A stretch of 64,000 bases of DNA from positions 364,985 to 428,984 of the forward strand of contig JBOEGD010000011.1 in assembly GCA_050633245.1 (NCBI GenBank). Reading direction: 5' to 3'. Position 1 is the first letter of the stretch; each line of letters starts with the position of its first letter. This document shows, piece by piece, positions 10,921 through 21,556 of this stretch. Origin of the DNA: Calditrichia bacterium (GTDB lineage: Bacteria; Calditrichota; Calditrichia; RBG-13-44-9; J075). A model generated the notes under the pieces. It searched no databases. It was not told the DNA's origin and was given only the letters and a program-made list of their open reading frames with translations. A program made the translations under genes and the position numbers.

Positions 10921-13900
10921 ATGAGATCTTCTAAATTGAATCACAAAGTTTGCACTTTAATCTCCACTTTTTTCCTGTTTCTTACGATGAGTATGCATGG
11001 ACAACCGGATAATTTAAGATTTACTACAATTTCGCTGGACCAGGGGTTGTCCCAGACATCTATTACCGGAATGGCTCAGGATTCTCAAGGGTTCCTTTGG
11101 ATTGCCACTGAAGATGGGTTAAACAAATATGATGGTAATAAAATTACAATCTATCGCCATAATCCGGACGATTCAACGAGCCTGAGCGACAACTATATAT
11201 TAGACTTGTTTTTAGATTCAAATGAAAACTTGTGGTTGGGAACGTTTAATGGTGATTTGAGCAAATTCGACTTTGAAACAGAAACCTTTACTTCATACAC
11301 GCCTGACTTAAGAGAAGTTGCGATTCATAGCAATCCACCGGTTCAGTCAATAGACGAAGATCGAAATGGACACTTATGGCTTGGGAGTGAAAACGGACTA
11401 TGTCGGTTCGATACCAAGCAGAAAAGTTTTACGCGCTACTTGCATCAACCGAATATTAAGAATTCAATCAGCGCCAACAGCATAACCTCTTTCGAAGAAG
11501 ATAAACATGGTCATATTTGGATTGGAACAAATGATGGGCTTAATAAGTTTGATCCGGAAAATGACTCGTTTATTCATTATTTGCATCAGGGAGACAATCC
11601 CGGCTCAATAAGTAATAATTACATTACTTCGATACTTGATGACCCTGAGACCGGACTATGGATCGGCTCGGAAGGTGGATTGAATAAATACGATCCGGAA
11701 AATGACTCTTTTGTCCATTACTTGCATCAATCCGGCAACTCCAAATCGATTAGTAATGACTCCGTCCTTTCAATTATTAAAGACGAAAAGAATCGCCTAT
11801 GGATTGGGACAAGGGATGGTCTGAATAAATTTGACCTAAGTAACGCTACTTTTAGCCATTACCGGCATGCCCCGGATCAGTCCGAGACTGCATCAAATAG
11901 CTTCTACTATATGTTCGAAGATAAAGAGGGCATTTTATGGCATGCTACGGAGACTGGTTTTAGCAGATTTGATCCTGAAACAGCAAACTTTACTCATCTT
12001 CAAAATCAAACACACAACCCTTACAGCCTGAGCCACAATGAAGTAAGGCTGGTCTTTGAAGATATAGAAGGCAACTTGTGGATCGGCACGGAATCCGGTG
12101 GTTTAAATCTGTTAAATCGCATGGCAGAAAACTTCCATCATTATCATGACAGGAATGACGCACGCAAGTCTCTCAGCAACAGCGCCGTATGGTGTGTTTA
12201 TCGAGACTCAAAAGACAACCTGTGGATTGGCACGGAACGCGGACTAAACAAGTATGATAAGGTCTCAAAAGAGTTTACGACCTATCTGCACCAGCCGGGG
12301 AATTTGCAAAGCATTAGCGGGAACACAATATATTCAATTATTGAAGACCGAGAAGGCATGCTCTGGATTGGAGTTCGTGAAGGTGGCATAAGCGTATTTA
12401 ATCCTTCAACGGGACTGTTTAAACGCTATGCTCATCGTCCGAATGCCCCCTCCAGCTTGAGCCAGGATTCACCCTTAAAGATAATTGAAAACAGCATGGG
12501 TGAAATTTGGATTGGGACATTTAGCGGATTAAATAAATTTCAGCGTGATACCGGTACCTTCAAGGTATACAAGCACGACCCGGAAGATGTAGGTAGCATC
12601 AGTAGTGATGCAATCGTTTCGATTGCAGAAGATAAACAAGGGCAAATGTGGATAGGAACCAGCAGTGGCTTAAATAAATACAATCGAGATACCGACACTT
12701 TTGTAGCCTATCGGCATCGGCAGGATGATCCATCATCACTAAGCCATAATTACATCTTAGCTATTCACGCTTCCTCGAGCAACACATTGTGGATCGGCAC
12801 CGACGGTGGTATTAATAAGTTTAACACAAAGAGAAACACTGCAAGCCATTATAGGGTAAAGGATGGATTGCCAAATTCCGTCGTCTACGGCATTTTGGAA
12901 GATGATAACGGGAACTTGTGGATGAGTACAAACAATGGAATTAGTCAATTCGATCCCATTTTAGAGACGTTCAACAACTTCGACAAACGTGATGGACTGC
13001 AGGACAATGAGTTTAATTCCGGAGCCTCTTATAAGGATGACTCAGGAAGACTGTATTTTGGTGGAATTAATGGATTGACAGAATTCCACCCTGCAGATGT
13101 CGAAGTGAACTCTTTTTTACCACCGGTCGTAATAACTGATTTTCTTCTATTCAACAAGCCGGTAAGTATTGCACGAGATGGGTTGTCTGTGGAAGGGTTT
13201 CAGCTTCAGCACCACATAAGCAGAACTCAGGAAGTCGTTTTAAATTATACCGACTTCATCTTTTCCTTCGAGTTCGCTGCATTAAATTACCGCCAGCCAG
13301 AAAAGAATCGTTACGCCTATATGATGGAAGGGTTTAATGAGGAATGGATTGAAACCGATAATTCGAACCCACGTGCCACATTTACAAACTTGTCTCATGG
13401 TAACTATGTTTTTAGAGTAAAAGCTTCAAACGACGACGGGCTCTGGAACAATGATGGAACAAGTCTCTCAATAACAATTCTTCCTCCATTTTGGCAGACC
13501 TGGTGGTTTAGAGGCCTGACCGCATTTTTTACCATCGTCACATTACTGGGAATTCTTCAACTAAGAACTCGGTCGATGAGTCGCAAGAACAGGCTTTTAG
13601 AAGAGGGCGTTGAAAAACGAACTGCACTTTTAAAACGCAGGGCGGCCCAGGCCGCGCTTGTTTATCAGGTAGGGCAACGAATTAGCAGCAAGCTGGACTT
13701 GCAGTCTGTTCTGAATGAAATAGTCCATGCCGTTCGAGATGCCTTCGATTATTATGGGGTACTTCTTCTGATAAGCGACGAAAATGAAACGACACTAACT
13801 CTTGAAGCAATTACCGGGGTAGATTCTGAAGGAATGGAAACGGGGCTTTCTATTAACTTTGGAGAGGGGCTTGTTGGTCGAGCTGCAGCAACAGGACTTA

Positions 13901-15735
13901 CCCAACGAAGTTCAGATGTTAGCACTGATGCGCATTTTGTTCGTTTATCCGGAGAAATTACAAAATCTGAGCTTGCTGTGCCGATCAAAAGCGGCGAAAG
14001 AGTTCTTGGTATTCTCGATATTCAAAGTGATGAATTGGCGACGTTTGATGAGTCCGATATAACAGCAATGGAAATATTAAGTTCTCATATTGCAGTTGCC
14101 ATAGAAAATGCTCACCTATACAAGGGGATACGGCAGGCTAAAGAAGTTGCTGATTCTGCCAATCGATCTAAAAGTGAATTCCTGGCCAATATGAGTCATG
14201 AAATACGCACGCCGATGAATGGGATCATCGGAATGACGGATCTCTTGCTGGAATCGCCATTAAACCTTGAGCAAAAGGATTTTGCAAACACTGTAAAGCA
14301 AAGTGCGGATTCACTGCTAAAGATTATAAATGACATTCTGGATTTTAGCAAGATCGAAGCGGGTAAAATCGAGTTGGAAAACATCAACTTTGACCTGCGA
14401 AACATGCTTGAAGATGCTTCTGATATTCTTTCGCCGCGGGTATTCGAAAAAGATTTGGAGTTCTGCCTCGACATATCGCCGACATTAATTACTCATTTTG
14501 TTGGCGACCCGATAAGGTTAAGACAAATTGTAATCAATCTTATTAACAATGCAGTTAAATTCACTCGCCACGGTAGTGTTACGTTGTCAGTCAGCAAAGA
14601 TGCGGAATCAAATGATTCTGTTACGCTGCGCTTTTCAGTAAAAGATACCGGTATTGGAATCCCTCCGTCCCGGATGAATCGCCTCTTTCAAAGTTTCTCT
14701 CAGGTAGATGCCTCAACCACCCGCAAGTTTGGCGGAACCGGATTGGGCCTGGCCATTTCAAAACAGCTGTCCGAATTAATGGGTGGAGAAATCGGTGTAA
14801 ATAGTTCAGTAGGGGAGGGATCTGAATTTTGGTTCACTGCAAAATTGAAAAAGCAGAAGGCTCCGGCAGTAGAGATGTCTCATTCACTATCTATGCTTGC
14901 CGGGCAACGCATTCTTATTGCCGATGACCATCCTGTCAGCTTGAAAATTCTTCGTGAACAGCTGTCACAATTAGAGTGTGAGATCCAGACGGCTAGTGAC
15001 GGTTTTGAAGCGATCGAGAAAATTAAAGATGCGCACGCTAACGATAGTCCCTTCACCATTGGAATAATTGATTATTATATGCCGGGAATGAATGGTGAGG
15101 CTGTTGCCAGAAAAATAAAACGGCATCCGGAGTTAAGTGCCTTAAAGTTGATCCTGGTGACCGCTTCGATCAATATTGCCGAGGTAAAAGAAGTTCTTCT
15201 GAGTGGCTATGATTCCTACTTGCTAAAGCCGATTAAGCAGAAGCGACTCTTTGAAACGCTACTGAACGTTACCGGTAAGCAATCCACAATGCCAATTTCC
15301 TCAGAAGTGAGTAGCACAACTCAAAACGCCTTTGAAGAGACAGGTAAAACGTTCAAAATACTGTTGGCTGAAGATAATAAAGTGAATCAAAAAGTTGCTA
15401 TACGCGTCCTCGAAAAGCTGGGTTTGCATGTAGATCTTGCTCAGGACGGTCAGCAAGCCATCACTGCCTTACGTCAGAACCATTACGATCTGGTGCTCAT
15501 GGACGTGCAGATGCCGGTAATGGATGGCATAACGGCTACGCAACAAATTCGCGACCCTGAAAGTGGCGTGCAGAACTCAAGCATCCCGGTTATTGCCCTA
15601 ACCGCCAATGCGATGAAAGGCGATCGGGAAAAATGTATCGCGGCCGGAATGAATGACTTCATTAGCAAGCCGTTCAAGAAGACTCAGCTGCTGGAAGTGC
15701 TTGAGAAGTTTTTGTCGGTGCCTAAACTTAACTAA
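10921..15735 (+). CDS. Hybrid sensor histidine kinase (periplasmic Reg_prop beta-propellers, Y_Y_Y, TM, GAF, HisKA, HATPase, two receiver domains)
   Basis: Repeated LWIGT.GL.K blades; [18 protein letters not shown]-box; [16 protein letters not shown] and GGTGLGL; two REC domains (ADD..D..MP, AEDN..MDVQMP). Confidence 0.93.
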   Translation: MRSSKLNHKVCTLISTFFLFLTMSMHGQPDNLRFTTISLDQGLSQTSITGMAQDSQGFLWIATEDGLNKYDGNKITIYRHNPDDSTSLSDNYILDLFLDSNENLWLGTFNGDLSKFDFETETFTSYTPDLREVAIHSNPPVQSIDEDRNGHLWLGSENGLCRFDTKQKSFTRYLHQPNIKNSISANSITSFEEDKHGHIWIGTNDGLNKFDPENDSFIHYLHQGDNPGSISNNYITSILDDPETGLWIGSEGGLNKYDPENDSFVHYLHQSGNSKSISNDSVLSIIKDEKNRLWIGTRDGLNKFDLSNATFSHYRHAPDQSETASNSFYYMFEDKEGILWHATETGFSRFDPETANFTHLQNQTHNPYSLSHNEVRLVFEDIEGNLWIGTESGGLNLLNRMAENFHHYHDRNDARKSLSNSAVWCVYRDSKDNLWIGTERGLNKYDKVSKEFTTYLHQPGNLQSISGNTIYSIIEDREGMLWIGVREGGISVFNPSTGLFKRYAHRPNAPSSLSQDSPLKIIENSMGEIWIGTFSGLNKFQRDTGTFKVYKHDPEDVGSISSDAIVSIAEDKQGQMWIGTSSGLNKYNRDTDTFVAYRHRQDDPSSLSHNYILAIHASSSNTLWIGTDGGINKFNTKRNTASHYRVKDGLPNSVVYGILEDDNGNLWMSTNNGISQFDPILETFNNFDKRDGLQDNEFNSGASYKDDSGRLYFGGINGLTEFHPADVEVNSFLPPVVITDFLLFNKPVSIARDGLSVEGFQLQHHISRTQEVVLNYTDFIFSFEFAALNYRQPEKNRYAYMMEGFNEEWIETDNSNPRATFTNLSHGNYVFRVKASNDDGLWNNDGTSLSITILPPFWQTWWFRGLTAFFTIVTLLGILQLRTRSMSRKNRLLEEGVEKRTALLKRRAAQAALVYQVGQRISSKLDLQSVLNEIVHAVRDAFDYYGVLLLISDENETTLTLEAITGVDSEGMETGLSINFGEGLVGRAAATGLTQRSSDVSTDAHFVRLSGEITKSELAVPIKSGERVLGILDIQSDELATFDESDITAMEILSSHIAVAIENAHLYKGIRQAKEVADSANRSKSEFLANMSHEIRTPMNGIIGMTDLLLESPLNLEQKDFANTVKQSADSLLKIINDILDFSKIEAGKIELENINFDLRNMLEDASDILSPRVFEKDLEFCLDISPTLITHFVGDPIRLRQIVINLINNAVKFTRHGSVTLSVSKDAESNDSVTLRFSVKDTGIGIPPSRMNRLFQSFSQVDASTTRKFGGTGLGLAISKQLSELMGGEIGVNSSVGEGSEFWFTAKLKKQKAPAVEMSHSLSMLAGQRILIADDHPVSLKILREQLSQLECEIQTASDGFEAIEKIKDAHANDSPFTIGIIDYYMPGMNGEAVARKIKRHPELSALKLILVTASINIAEVKEVLLSGYDSYLLKPIKQKRLFETLLNVTGKQSTMPISSEVSSTTQNAFEETGKTFKILLAEDNKVNQKVAIRVLEKLGLHVDLAQDGQQAITALRQNHYDLVLMDVQMPVMDGITATQQIRDPESGVQNSSIPVIALTANAMKGDREKCIAAGMNDFISKPFKKTQLLEVLEKFLSVPKLN

Positions 15736-15835
15736 ACACGGAGAAAAGGAACAAAAGAATTGAAGATTGAATGGATTGAAAAAGGATAAAAGAAATAGGG
15801 GTAAAAAAAGAAAATCGAAATGAATAAGAAATAGA

Positions 15836-16200
15836 TGAACCGCCCCCGATTTTGCAGACACGATAGTTAAGCGTTATATTTACTCAAATGCTTAAGAGAG
15901 GTGTCTAATGAGAGAGAAGAATACCCAACAGAAATTCACCAAAGAATTCAAAGAATAAGTCGTTTTGCAAATCCTTGCAGAATTACGCAGCCAAGCGAAA
16001 GTCTCCCGTGAAATAGGTGTCCATCCAATACAATTACCAACTGGATTTTTCAGTATGATACCAACAGCTGTCAAGGAGGATCGCGAACTACGAAAAAAGC
16101 TCTGGCCTTCTTTACGAAAAACAGCAAATGAATATCGCCGCGCATTTACAGTGAGAAGAATGTACCGCAATCTGTCTGTATCACGAACAGACACTGCGAA
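15836..16200 (+). mobile_element. Decayed IS3-family insertion sequence remnant (IRL, broken orfA, start of orfB)
   Basis: TGAACCGCCCCCGATTTTGCAGACAC terminal IR at 15836; orfA from ATG 15908 reads KFTKEFKE*VVLQIL..VSREIGVHP with TAA at 15956; frameshifted KKALAFFTK tail; orfB-like FTVRRMYRNLSVSR; right end not found. Confidence 0.8.
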
Positions 16201-16385
16201 CGCATGTGAAAAAGCCATTTAAGCAATACAAAAAGCGCTACGGCAGTCGATGCCTTAATAACCCTAAGTTTTGCTGCTACTAACTTCTGAAAACAATGGG
16301 TGATTTGTTATAATCGCTCTGGAAGAAAGTGAATTGGTTCCAGGGAAAATGCGGGAAATTGAAAAAATCATGAGATGGGTATTGA

Positions 16386-17255
16386 ATGGAAGACATAAAG
16401 TTTTATGAACTAAGTAACAAACGAGGCGGGTTGCCCTTTGGCATTTTCTCAAGCATAGAAGAGGGTTTTCGTGCTGATGACCTATATCGGCCATCTTTGC
16501 GGGATTTTCACGTAATTCTCTGGTTCAAAAAAGGAATTGGGAAATACTTTATTGATTTCAAGGAATATCAATTCAAGCCCAACACCATCACATTGATTTC
16601 TAAAGACCAATACCATTATTTGGAGCCACCTGCCGGCAATTGGGAAATTCAATCAATCATCTTTAAAAACGATTTCATTTACCGTAGTGATAATGATCTT
16701 CAACACTTGTTCAACTTCAACATTTCCAGCCAAATTGAAGGTCATCAGATATTAAAACTAAAACAACCTGAGGCCGATTTTCTTAAGAGTCTTTCCAGCG
16801 ATATGAACATGGTTTACCATGAGTGGTCCGGGTCAGTGAGGGAAAATGCTTTTTATCATTGGCTCTGCATTTTCCTGATTTATTGCGAAACTTTACAGGA
16901 AAAACAGACCAATACGCAACCGGCTGCTATCGATGGAGACACAAAAATCGTAATTCAGTTTAATAAGTTGTTGGAAAAGAATTTCAGAAAAGAGTTCAAG
17001 GTAAATTATTACGTCGAGCAGCTCAATTTGACCACGAGAGTCCTCTATCGTATTACAAAAGAGCGTTATAAACTTTCACCCAAGGCCGTTATTGATGAAA
17101 GGCGGATTCTTGAAATAAAGCGACTATTGCGAGCAAGTGACAAACCCGTTAAAGAAATCGCTTACGACCTGGGTTTTGATGAACCTACTAATCTTGTAAA
17201 ATATTTCAAAAAGCATACTGGATACACGCCCCTCTCTTTTAAAACTGGCGGTTAA
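16386..17255 (+). CDS. AraC-family transcriptional regulator
   Basis: N-terminal cupin-like region; C-terminal VKEIAYDLGFDEPTNLVKYFKKHTGYTP HTH. Confidence 0.92.
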   Translation: MEDIKFYELSNKRGGLPFGIFSSIEEGFRADDLYRPSLRDFHVILWFKKGIGKYFIDFKEYQFKPNTITLISKDQYHYLEPPAGNWEIQSIIFKNDFIYRSDNDLQHLFNFNISSQIEGHQILKLKQPEADFLKSLSSDMNMVYHEWSGSVRENAFYHWLCIFLIYCETLQEKQTNTQPAAIDGDTKIVIQFNKLLEKNFRKEFKVNYYVEQLNLTTRVLYRITKERYKLSPKAVIDERRILEIKRLLRASDKPVKEIAYDLGFDEPTNLVKYFKKHTGYTPLSFKTGG

Positions 17256-17408
17256 TTTTTACCATCAGGCTACCAGTTCTAACCTTTTCATTCATCGCCG
17301 ACACCACTATTTTAGTCATACTTAAGAATGTAGCTGTTTAAGAACAGATGTCAAGTTTCTGTAAACAGACAACCACATGTGTAATTATTGTGTTGGTGAT
17401 AATCAGAT

Positions 17409-17690
17409 ATGAAACAACAAACGATAAAAAGCATCGAGGGTTATTCAAATATCGACGGTCTAATTCCAGGTGTACGCGGTCAAAGATTGTTTCCAATGCC
17501 TGAATTCAAAAGATCAGATCCTTTTTTACTGCTCATTCATAGTTGCCCGCCAGGCGTCAATTGGCACCTGGTGGGCAAACCACTTACTGAGCCGGTAGTC
17601 CTTGGCGGACCCTTTGTAATGAACACTGTAGAAAAAATACAGCAAGCAAAAAACGATTTTCAGAATGGATTATTCGGTGAGGTCCGTTAA
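17409..17690 (+). pseudogene. Pirin-family gene with large in-frame internal deletion
   Basis: Pirin N-terminal DPFLLL joined almost directly to the C-terminal GKPLTEPVVLGGPFVMNT..IQQAKNDFQNG; the HPH..ET metal-binding cupin core is absent; only 93 aa. Confidence 0.75.
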
Positions 17691-18431
17691 TTGAAAAAGA
17701 ATCAGATTATTCTCCAGGTAGCACTTGCCAGTCTTCTTCTGACACCAAATGCTTATTCGCAGCCTGACAGCTTAAGTATAGCCGTCGAGATTGGCCTGAA
17801 AGGCCGTTGGCAAACAGGCAACTTAAATCAATTGGCTATTAATCCCGACGCCAGTCTCGTACTCTCGAAAGCTGCTTTTAGTTCTGAGGTTCAGGCCAGT
17901 TATCAATATCTGCGAGTTAATGGGTTTGTTGCCATAAGTGACTTCTGGACAATGGGAATCCTCAGGCATCGTCCTAATCGGACTCTATTTCCCATGTTGG
18001 CTACCAACTATGGTTTTGCTAAATCTTATAAAATAGATCACTCGTTTTTGATTGGTCCAGGAGTTGGGATCAATTTGTACAATAATTCGCCCGGAGATTT
18101 TCTCCGTGTACAAGTATTTGCCGGATACATGAACATTAAGTTTGAGAGTAAAGATCCACATTCCACAGCCGCTATAGGAACAATTTCTCAGTCCGCTTTT
18201 TCAATTAGCAAGCGTATGAATATAGCGTGGGATTTTCAGACCTATAATCCGGGCTTGGATGCTGAATATTGGGGGTTTAATAACCGGATAATAATTCACT
18301 ACATGGTCATCAAGAACATGTCACTTAACCTTGGTCATACAGTGATTTTTAACAACAAAACGGTTGCAAGCATCAAAAAGACCAATGGCCTTATGCTGTT
18401 TGGCATCCAATACATTTACAAGAATCCATAA
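17691..18431 (+). CDS. Outer-membrane beta-barrel protein, DUF481-like
   Basis: Signal peptide, GRWQTGN near the N-terminus, alternating amphipathic strands, terminal FGIQYIY. Confidence 0.6.
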   Translation: MKKNQIILQVALASLLLTPNAYSQPDSLSIAVEIGLKGRWQTGNLNQLAINPDASLVLSKAAFSSEVQASYQYLRVNGFVAISDFWTMGILRHRPNRTLFPMLATNYGFAKSYKIDHSFLIGPGVGINLYNNSPGDFLRVQVFAGYMNIKFESKDPHSTAAIGTISQSAFSISKRMNIAWDFQTYNPGLDAEYWGFNNRIIIHYMVIKNMSLNLGHTVIFNNKTVASIKKTNGLMLFGIQYIYKNP

Positions 18432-18450
18432 TCATTTAGGAGATGAGACA

Positions 18451-19179
18451 ATGAAAACAACAAGAATGATGAAATTGTTTTTTACGGCGCTATTCACAAT
18501 AGTATTTACAGTAAGCGCCTTTGCGCAAAATCCAGACGCTAACTTTGTTCCTAAGAATTCAAAGACAGACAATCTATTAACCGGTGACAATACTGTCTTA
18601 TTGGTTATTGATTGGCAGCAGGACTTGATAAACGTAGTACAAAATATAGACCAGGATGTAATGATGAATAACATTCAGGCTATGGTTAAAACGGCTAATT
18701 TATTCAATGTTCCTGTCATCGAAACTACAATCGGTGTAAAAATGGCTGGTAGCACACCAACTGTTGAATCTGTGAAAACTCTTATCAATAGAGATGTTGA
18801 AAATATTGACAGGGTTTCTTTAAATGCGTGGCAAAATAAGGCACTTGTAGCAGCAGTAAGGAAAACAGGAAGAACGAAAATTTTAATTACCGGGCTTTGG
18901 ACTTCAGGGTGCCCTACATATACGACATTAGATGCGCTAAAGGATGAATATGAAGTTTATATCCTGGTAGATTTAATGGGAGATGCTACGACAATGGCTC
19001 ACAATACAGCTATTGATAGAATGATACAAGCAGGAGCAATTCCATTTACTTGGGAAGGGGCTGGAGCTGAAATGTTACGTTCTTATACAAATCCAAAGGC
19101 CTTTACTGATGAAGATATTAAAGGTGGATTTGTTGAAATTATGAAACAACATTTTTACCCATTTGCCGGGAAGTACTAA
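18451..19179 (+). CDS. Isochorismatase-family cysteine hydrolase (YcaC-like) with signal peptide
   Basis: VIDWQ (Asp), DRVSLNAW and GLWTSGC (Cys) catalytic elements; AFA-Q cleavage site; AGGAGA RBS before ATG 18451. Confidence 0.82.
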   Translation: MKTTRMMKLFFTALFTIVFTVSAFAQNPDANFVPKNSKTDNLLTGDNTVLLVIDWQQDLINVVQNIDQDVMMNNIQAMVKTANLFNVPVIETTIGVKMAGSTPTVESVKTLINRDVENIDRVSLNAWQNKALVAAVRKTGRTKILITGLWTSGCPTYTTLDALKDEYEVYILVDLMGDATTMAHNTAIDRMIQAGAIPFTWEGAGAEMLRSYTNPKAFTDEDIKGGFVEIMKQHFYPFAGKY

Positions 19180-19263
19180 AATAGACTTAATCAGGTATTG
19201 TGCATTTTCTCGACGATTAGTTGATGCATACTTACAATCAAAACACAAAAAGCATGTAACACA

Positions 19264-20676
19264 ATGGCACAGAATTTCCTGAACGGGTCAACCAATAAGG
19301 CACTTTTATCGATGTCGGTGCCGATTAGTATCGGCATGCTCTCTACCTTTCTCTTCCAGGTAATTGACACATATTTTGTCGGCCAGCTTGGTGCGAATCA
19401 ATTAGCAGCACTGAGTTTTGCTTCAACGGTCTATTTTTTGTTGGTTGGCTTGTTCATTGGTTTAACGACTGCCGTTGCCATCATCATTGGTAACGCTTTT
19501 GGCGCAAACAATATGGACAAGGTTAAAAGTACTACAGCTCTATCACTTTTGCTAACTCTAGTACTATCATCTTTGCTTTCAGTAAGCGGTATCTTCACAA
19601 TAGAATCATTTTTTAGACTTCTCGGCGCCGATGAAAACATACTGCCCTTTATCAGAGAATACATGTTTACACTGTATTGTGGAATGCCACTACTGATGAT
19701 CAGTCTGATGGGTGGTGGTGCATTAAGGGCCACCGGTGTTGTGAAACCTCCTGAAATTTTTATGGGGATTGGCGGAGTAATCAACCTGATCCTGGATTAT
19801 CTATTGATTTTCGGCAAAGGCCCCTTTCCTGCGATGGGAATTAAAGGAGCAGCGCTTGCGACTGTTCTTTCCTGGTCTTTTGTTATTGTCGCTATTCTGT
19901 TCATGACATTCAAAAGCCGCTTACTAAATCTCTCATTTTTAAAAGAACGTATTCAAAACGTGGAGATTCTCAAGGATATCTATATACTGGGGCCTCCCTC
20001 TATGCTAACTCAATTAATTGGACCGGCTACTCTCATGTATATTACTTACTTGCTGGCACAACAGGCTGCAACGGCTGTCGCAGCATACGGCGTGGCCGGC
20101 CGGATAGAAACCCTGCTTCTTATTGGCATTCTCGGTGTAAGCATAGCTGCGACTCCTTTTATCGCCCAAAACTTAGGCGCAGAGAAACATCTGAGGATCG
20201 ACGAGGCAATTGTGTTTGGTGGTAAGGCATCCTTCTATTTGGGAATATTGTTATTTATTTTACTGATGCTCTTCATTAAACCGACAGCCTCAATTTTTAG
20301 CGATAGTCAACAAGTAATTGACTATACATCACTGTATTTCTATGCTGTTAGTATCTCATACGTGTTTTACGGTTTGTATATCATTACCTCCTCAATTTTC
20401 AACGGTCTTCAATTACCAGTCAATTCATTGAAAATTGTGCTGGTCAAATGCCTTGTTTTTACTGTGCCACTGACCCTTTTTGGCTCCATGTTCGGAGTTT
20501 TGGATATCTTTGTCGGGCTTTCTGCAAGTAACATCATCGGTGGGATTTACGCCGCCAAAGAAATGAGAAATCAATTAAGAAAGGTAAATTCATCTTTGGC
20601 AAAGCAGAACCCAATAAGCGGATACAAAGAAGATCTTTGGGCATTGAAACACATGTTGACTTCAATCTTTAAGTAA
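19264..20676 (+). CDS. MATE-family efflux transporter
   Basis: IDTYFVGQLG..LAA, NLILDYLLIFG, MGIKGAALAT, AAYGVAGRIE; about 12 TM segments. Confidence 0.93.
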   Translation: MAQNFLNGSTNKALLSMSVPISIGMLSTFLFQVIDTYFVGQLGANQLAALSFASTVYFLLVGLFIGLTTAVAIIIGNAFGANNMDKVKSTTALSLLLTLVLSSLLSVSGIFTIESFFRLLGADENILPFIREYMFTLYCGMPLLMISLMGGGALRATGVVKPPEIFMGIGGVINLILDYLLIFGKGPFPAMGIKGAALATVLSWSFVIVAILFMTFKSRLLNLSFLKERIQNVEILKDIYILGPPSMLTQLIGPATLMYITYLLAQQAATAVAAYGVAGRIETLLLIGILGVSIAATPFIAQNLGAEKHLRIDEAIVFGGKASFYLGILLFILLMLFIKPTASIFSDSQQVIDYTSLYFYAVSISYVFYGLYIITSSIFNGLQLPVNSLKIVLVKCLVFTVPLTLFGSMFGVLDIFVGLSASNIIGGIYAAKEMRNQLRKVNSSLAKQNPISGYKEDLWALKHMLTSIFK

Positions 20677-20740
20677 AGAATTCATTCTCTAATCTGTTGC
20701 AATGAATCAACCCTGAAAAGCTTACGGAGACAAACATTTT

Positions 20741-21148
20741 ATGAATAAAACTAATCATGAGTATATAGGTTCAGCAGACAATACCAGAAAGAGCATACTT
20801 GCTCGCGGATGCGATCCATTTGCTTCTTTAGAGGCTTCAAAAACCATACCTCCACTTGTTGGAAATCCGGAATACGTTCCTACCACCAACGATGCTGACT
20901 TCATCGAGAAGTTAAAATCACGGGATTGGTCAGTAATATTTTTTGCTCCTGGTGCTTGCCGATTCAGTTCGGCAAAGCAATCCATACCGGGTAGCAATTC
21001 CCAAACCCAGGATTGGACTCTGGAGCAGTACCGAGAATTGGTCCGGAAACATCAGGGCGAAACGATACAAATTGTTGAGGCGCTGGAAGAGAGAAAGACT
21101 GTCAGTCTACTCAAAAGCGCATTAGAAAAAGCTCGAGAAACAAACTAA
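20741..21148 (+). CDS. Hypothetical protein
   Basis: 135-aa ORF with GGAGA RBS; contains ARGCDP and FAPGACR motifs; family not recognised. Confidence 0.6.
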   Translation: MNKTNHEYIGSADNTRKSILARGCDPFASLEASKTIPPLVGNPEYVPTTNDADFIEKLKSRDWSVIFFAPGACRFSSAKQSIPGSNSQTQDWTLEQYRELVRKHQGETIQIVEALEERKTVSLLKSALEKARETN

Positions 21149-21333
21149 ATTTGTGGTTCAAATACGCCCGCAAATCCAACTGCTGTATTTTAGGGCACTC
21201 TTGGTTTGATGTACCTTCGAGTGCTTTCTTGCGTATATATTCGCACGAACTTTCGTGACTCCTTACTTGTGTTATTCTTGTGTCATCTTTTTTCACTTCC
21301 TCGCAAATATGCGCAAAAAAGTAGAAAAATGAG

Positions 21334-21362
21334 TTGATTTCGAAGACTTATTAAACTATCAT
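21334..21362 (+). promoter_or_regulatory. Putative sigma70 promoter of the tRNA gene
   Basis: TTGATT-17 bp-TATCAT followed by a GC-rich stretch, about 35 nt before the tRNA. Confidence 0.5.
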
Positions 21363-21395
21363 TGAGTCCGCGTTTTTACGCTATTACGAGCACAT

Positions 21396-21469
21396 GCACC
21401 TGTAGCTCAACCGGATAGAGCACCAGGCTTCGAACCTGGGGGTTGGGGGTTCGAGTCCCTCCGGGTGCG
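21396..21469 (+). tRNA. tRNA-Arg (anticodon UCG); CCA not encoded
   Basis: Acceptor GCACCTG/CGGGTGC, D arm GCTC..GAGC, anticodon arm CCAGG-CTTCGAA-CCTGG, T loop GTTCGAGTC; followed by CAA. Confidence 0.95.
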
Positions 21470-21556
21470 CAAGTTTTTTTCCCTTCCTTCTATTACCACA
21501 CATGTTGAATAAATAGGGTCAGGATCCTTGATTTAGCCCTTAAAAACAGAGTGCCT

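Noticed and set aside
15892-16222. ORFs 15892-16218(-) and 15965-16222(+) as real genes
   Set aside because: Explained as fragments or antisense of the decayed IS3 orfA/orfB
21396-21469. tRNA as attB of an integrated element
   Set aside because: No duplicated tRNA 3' end and no integrase seen; the AT-rich block lies 5' of the tRNA
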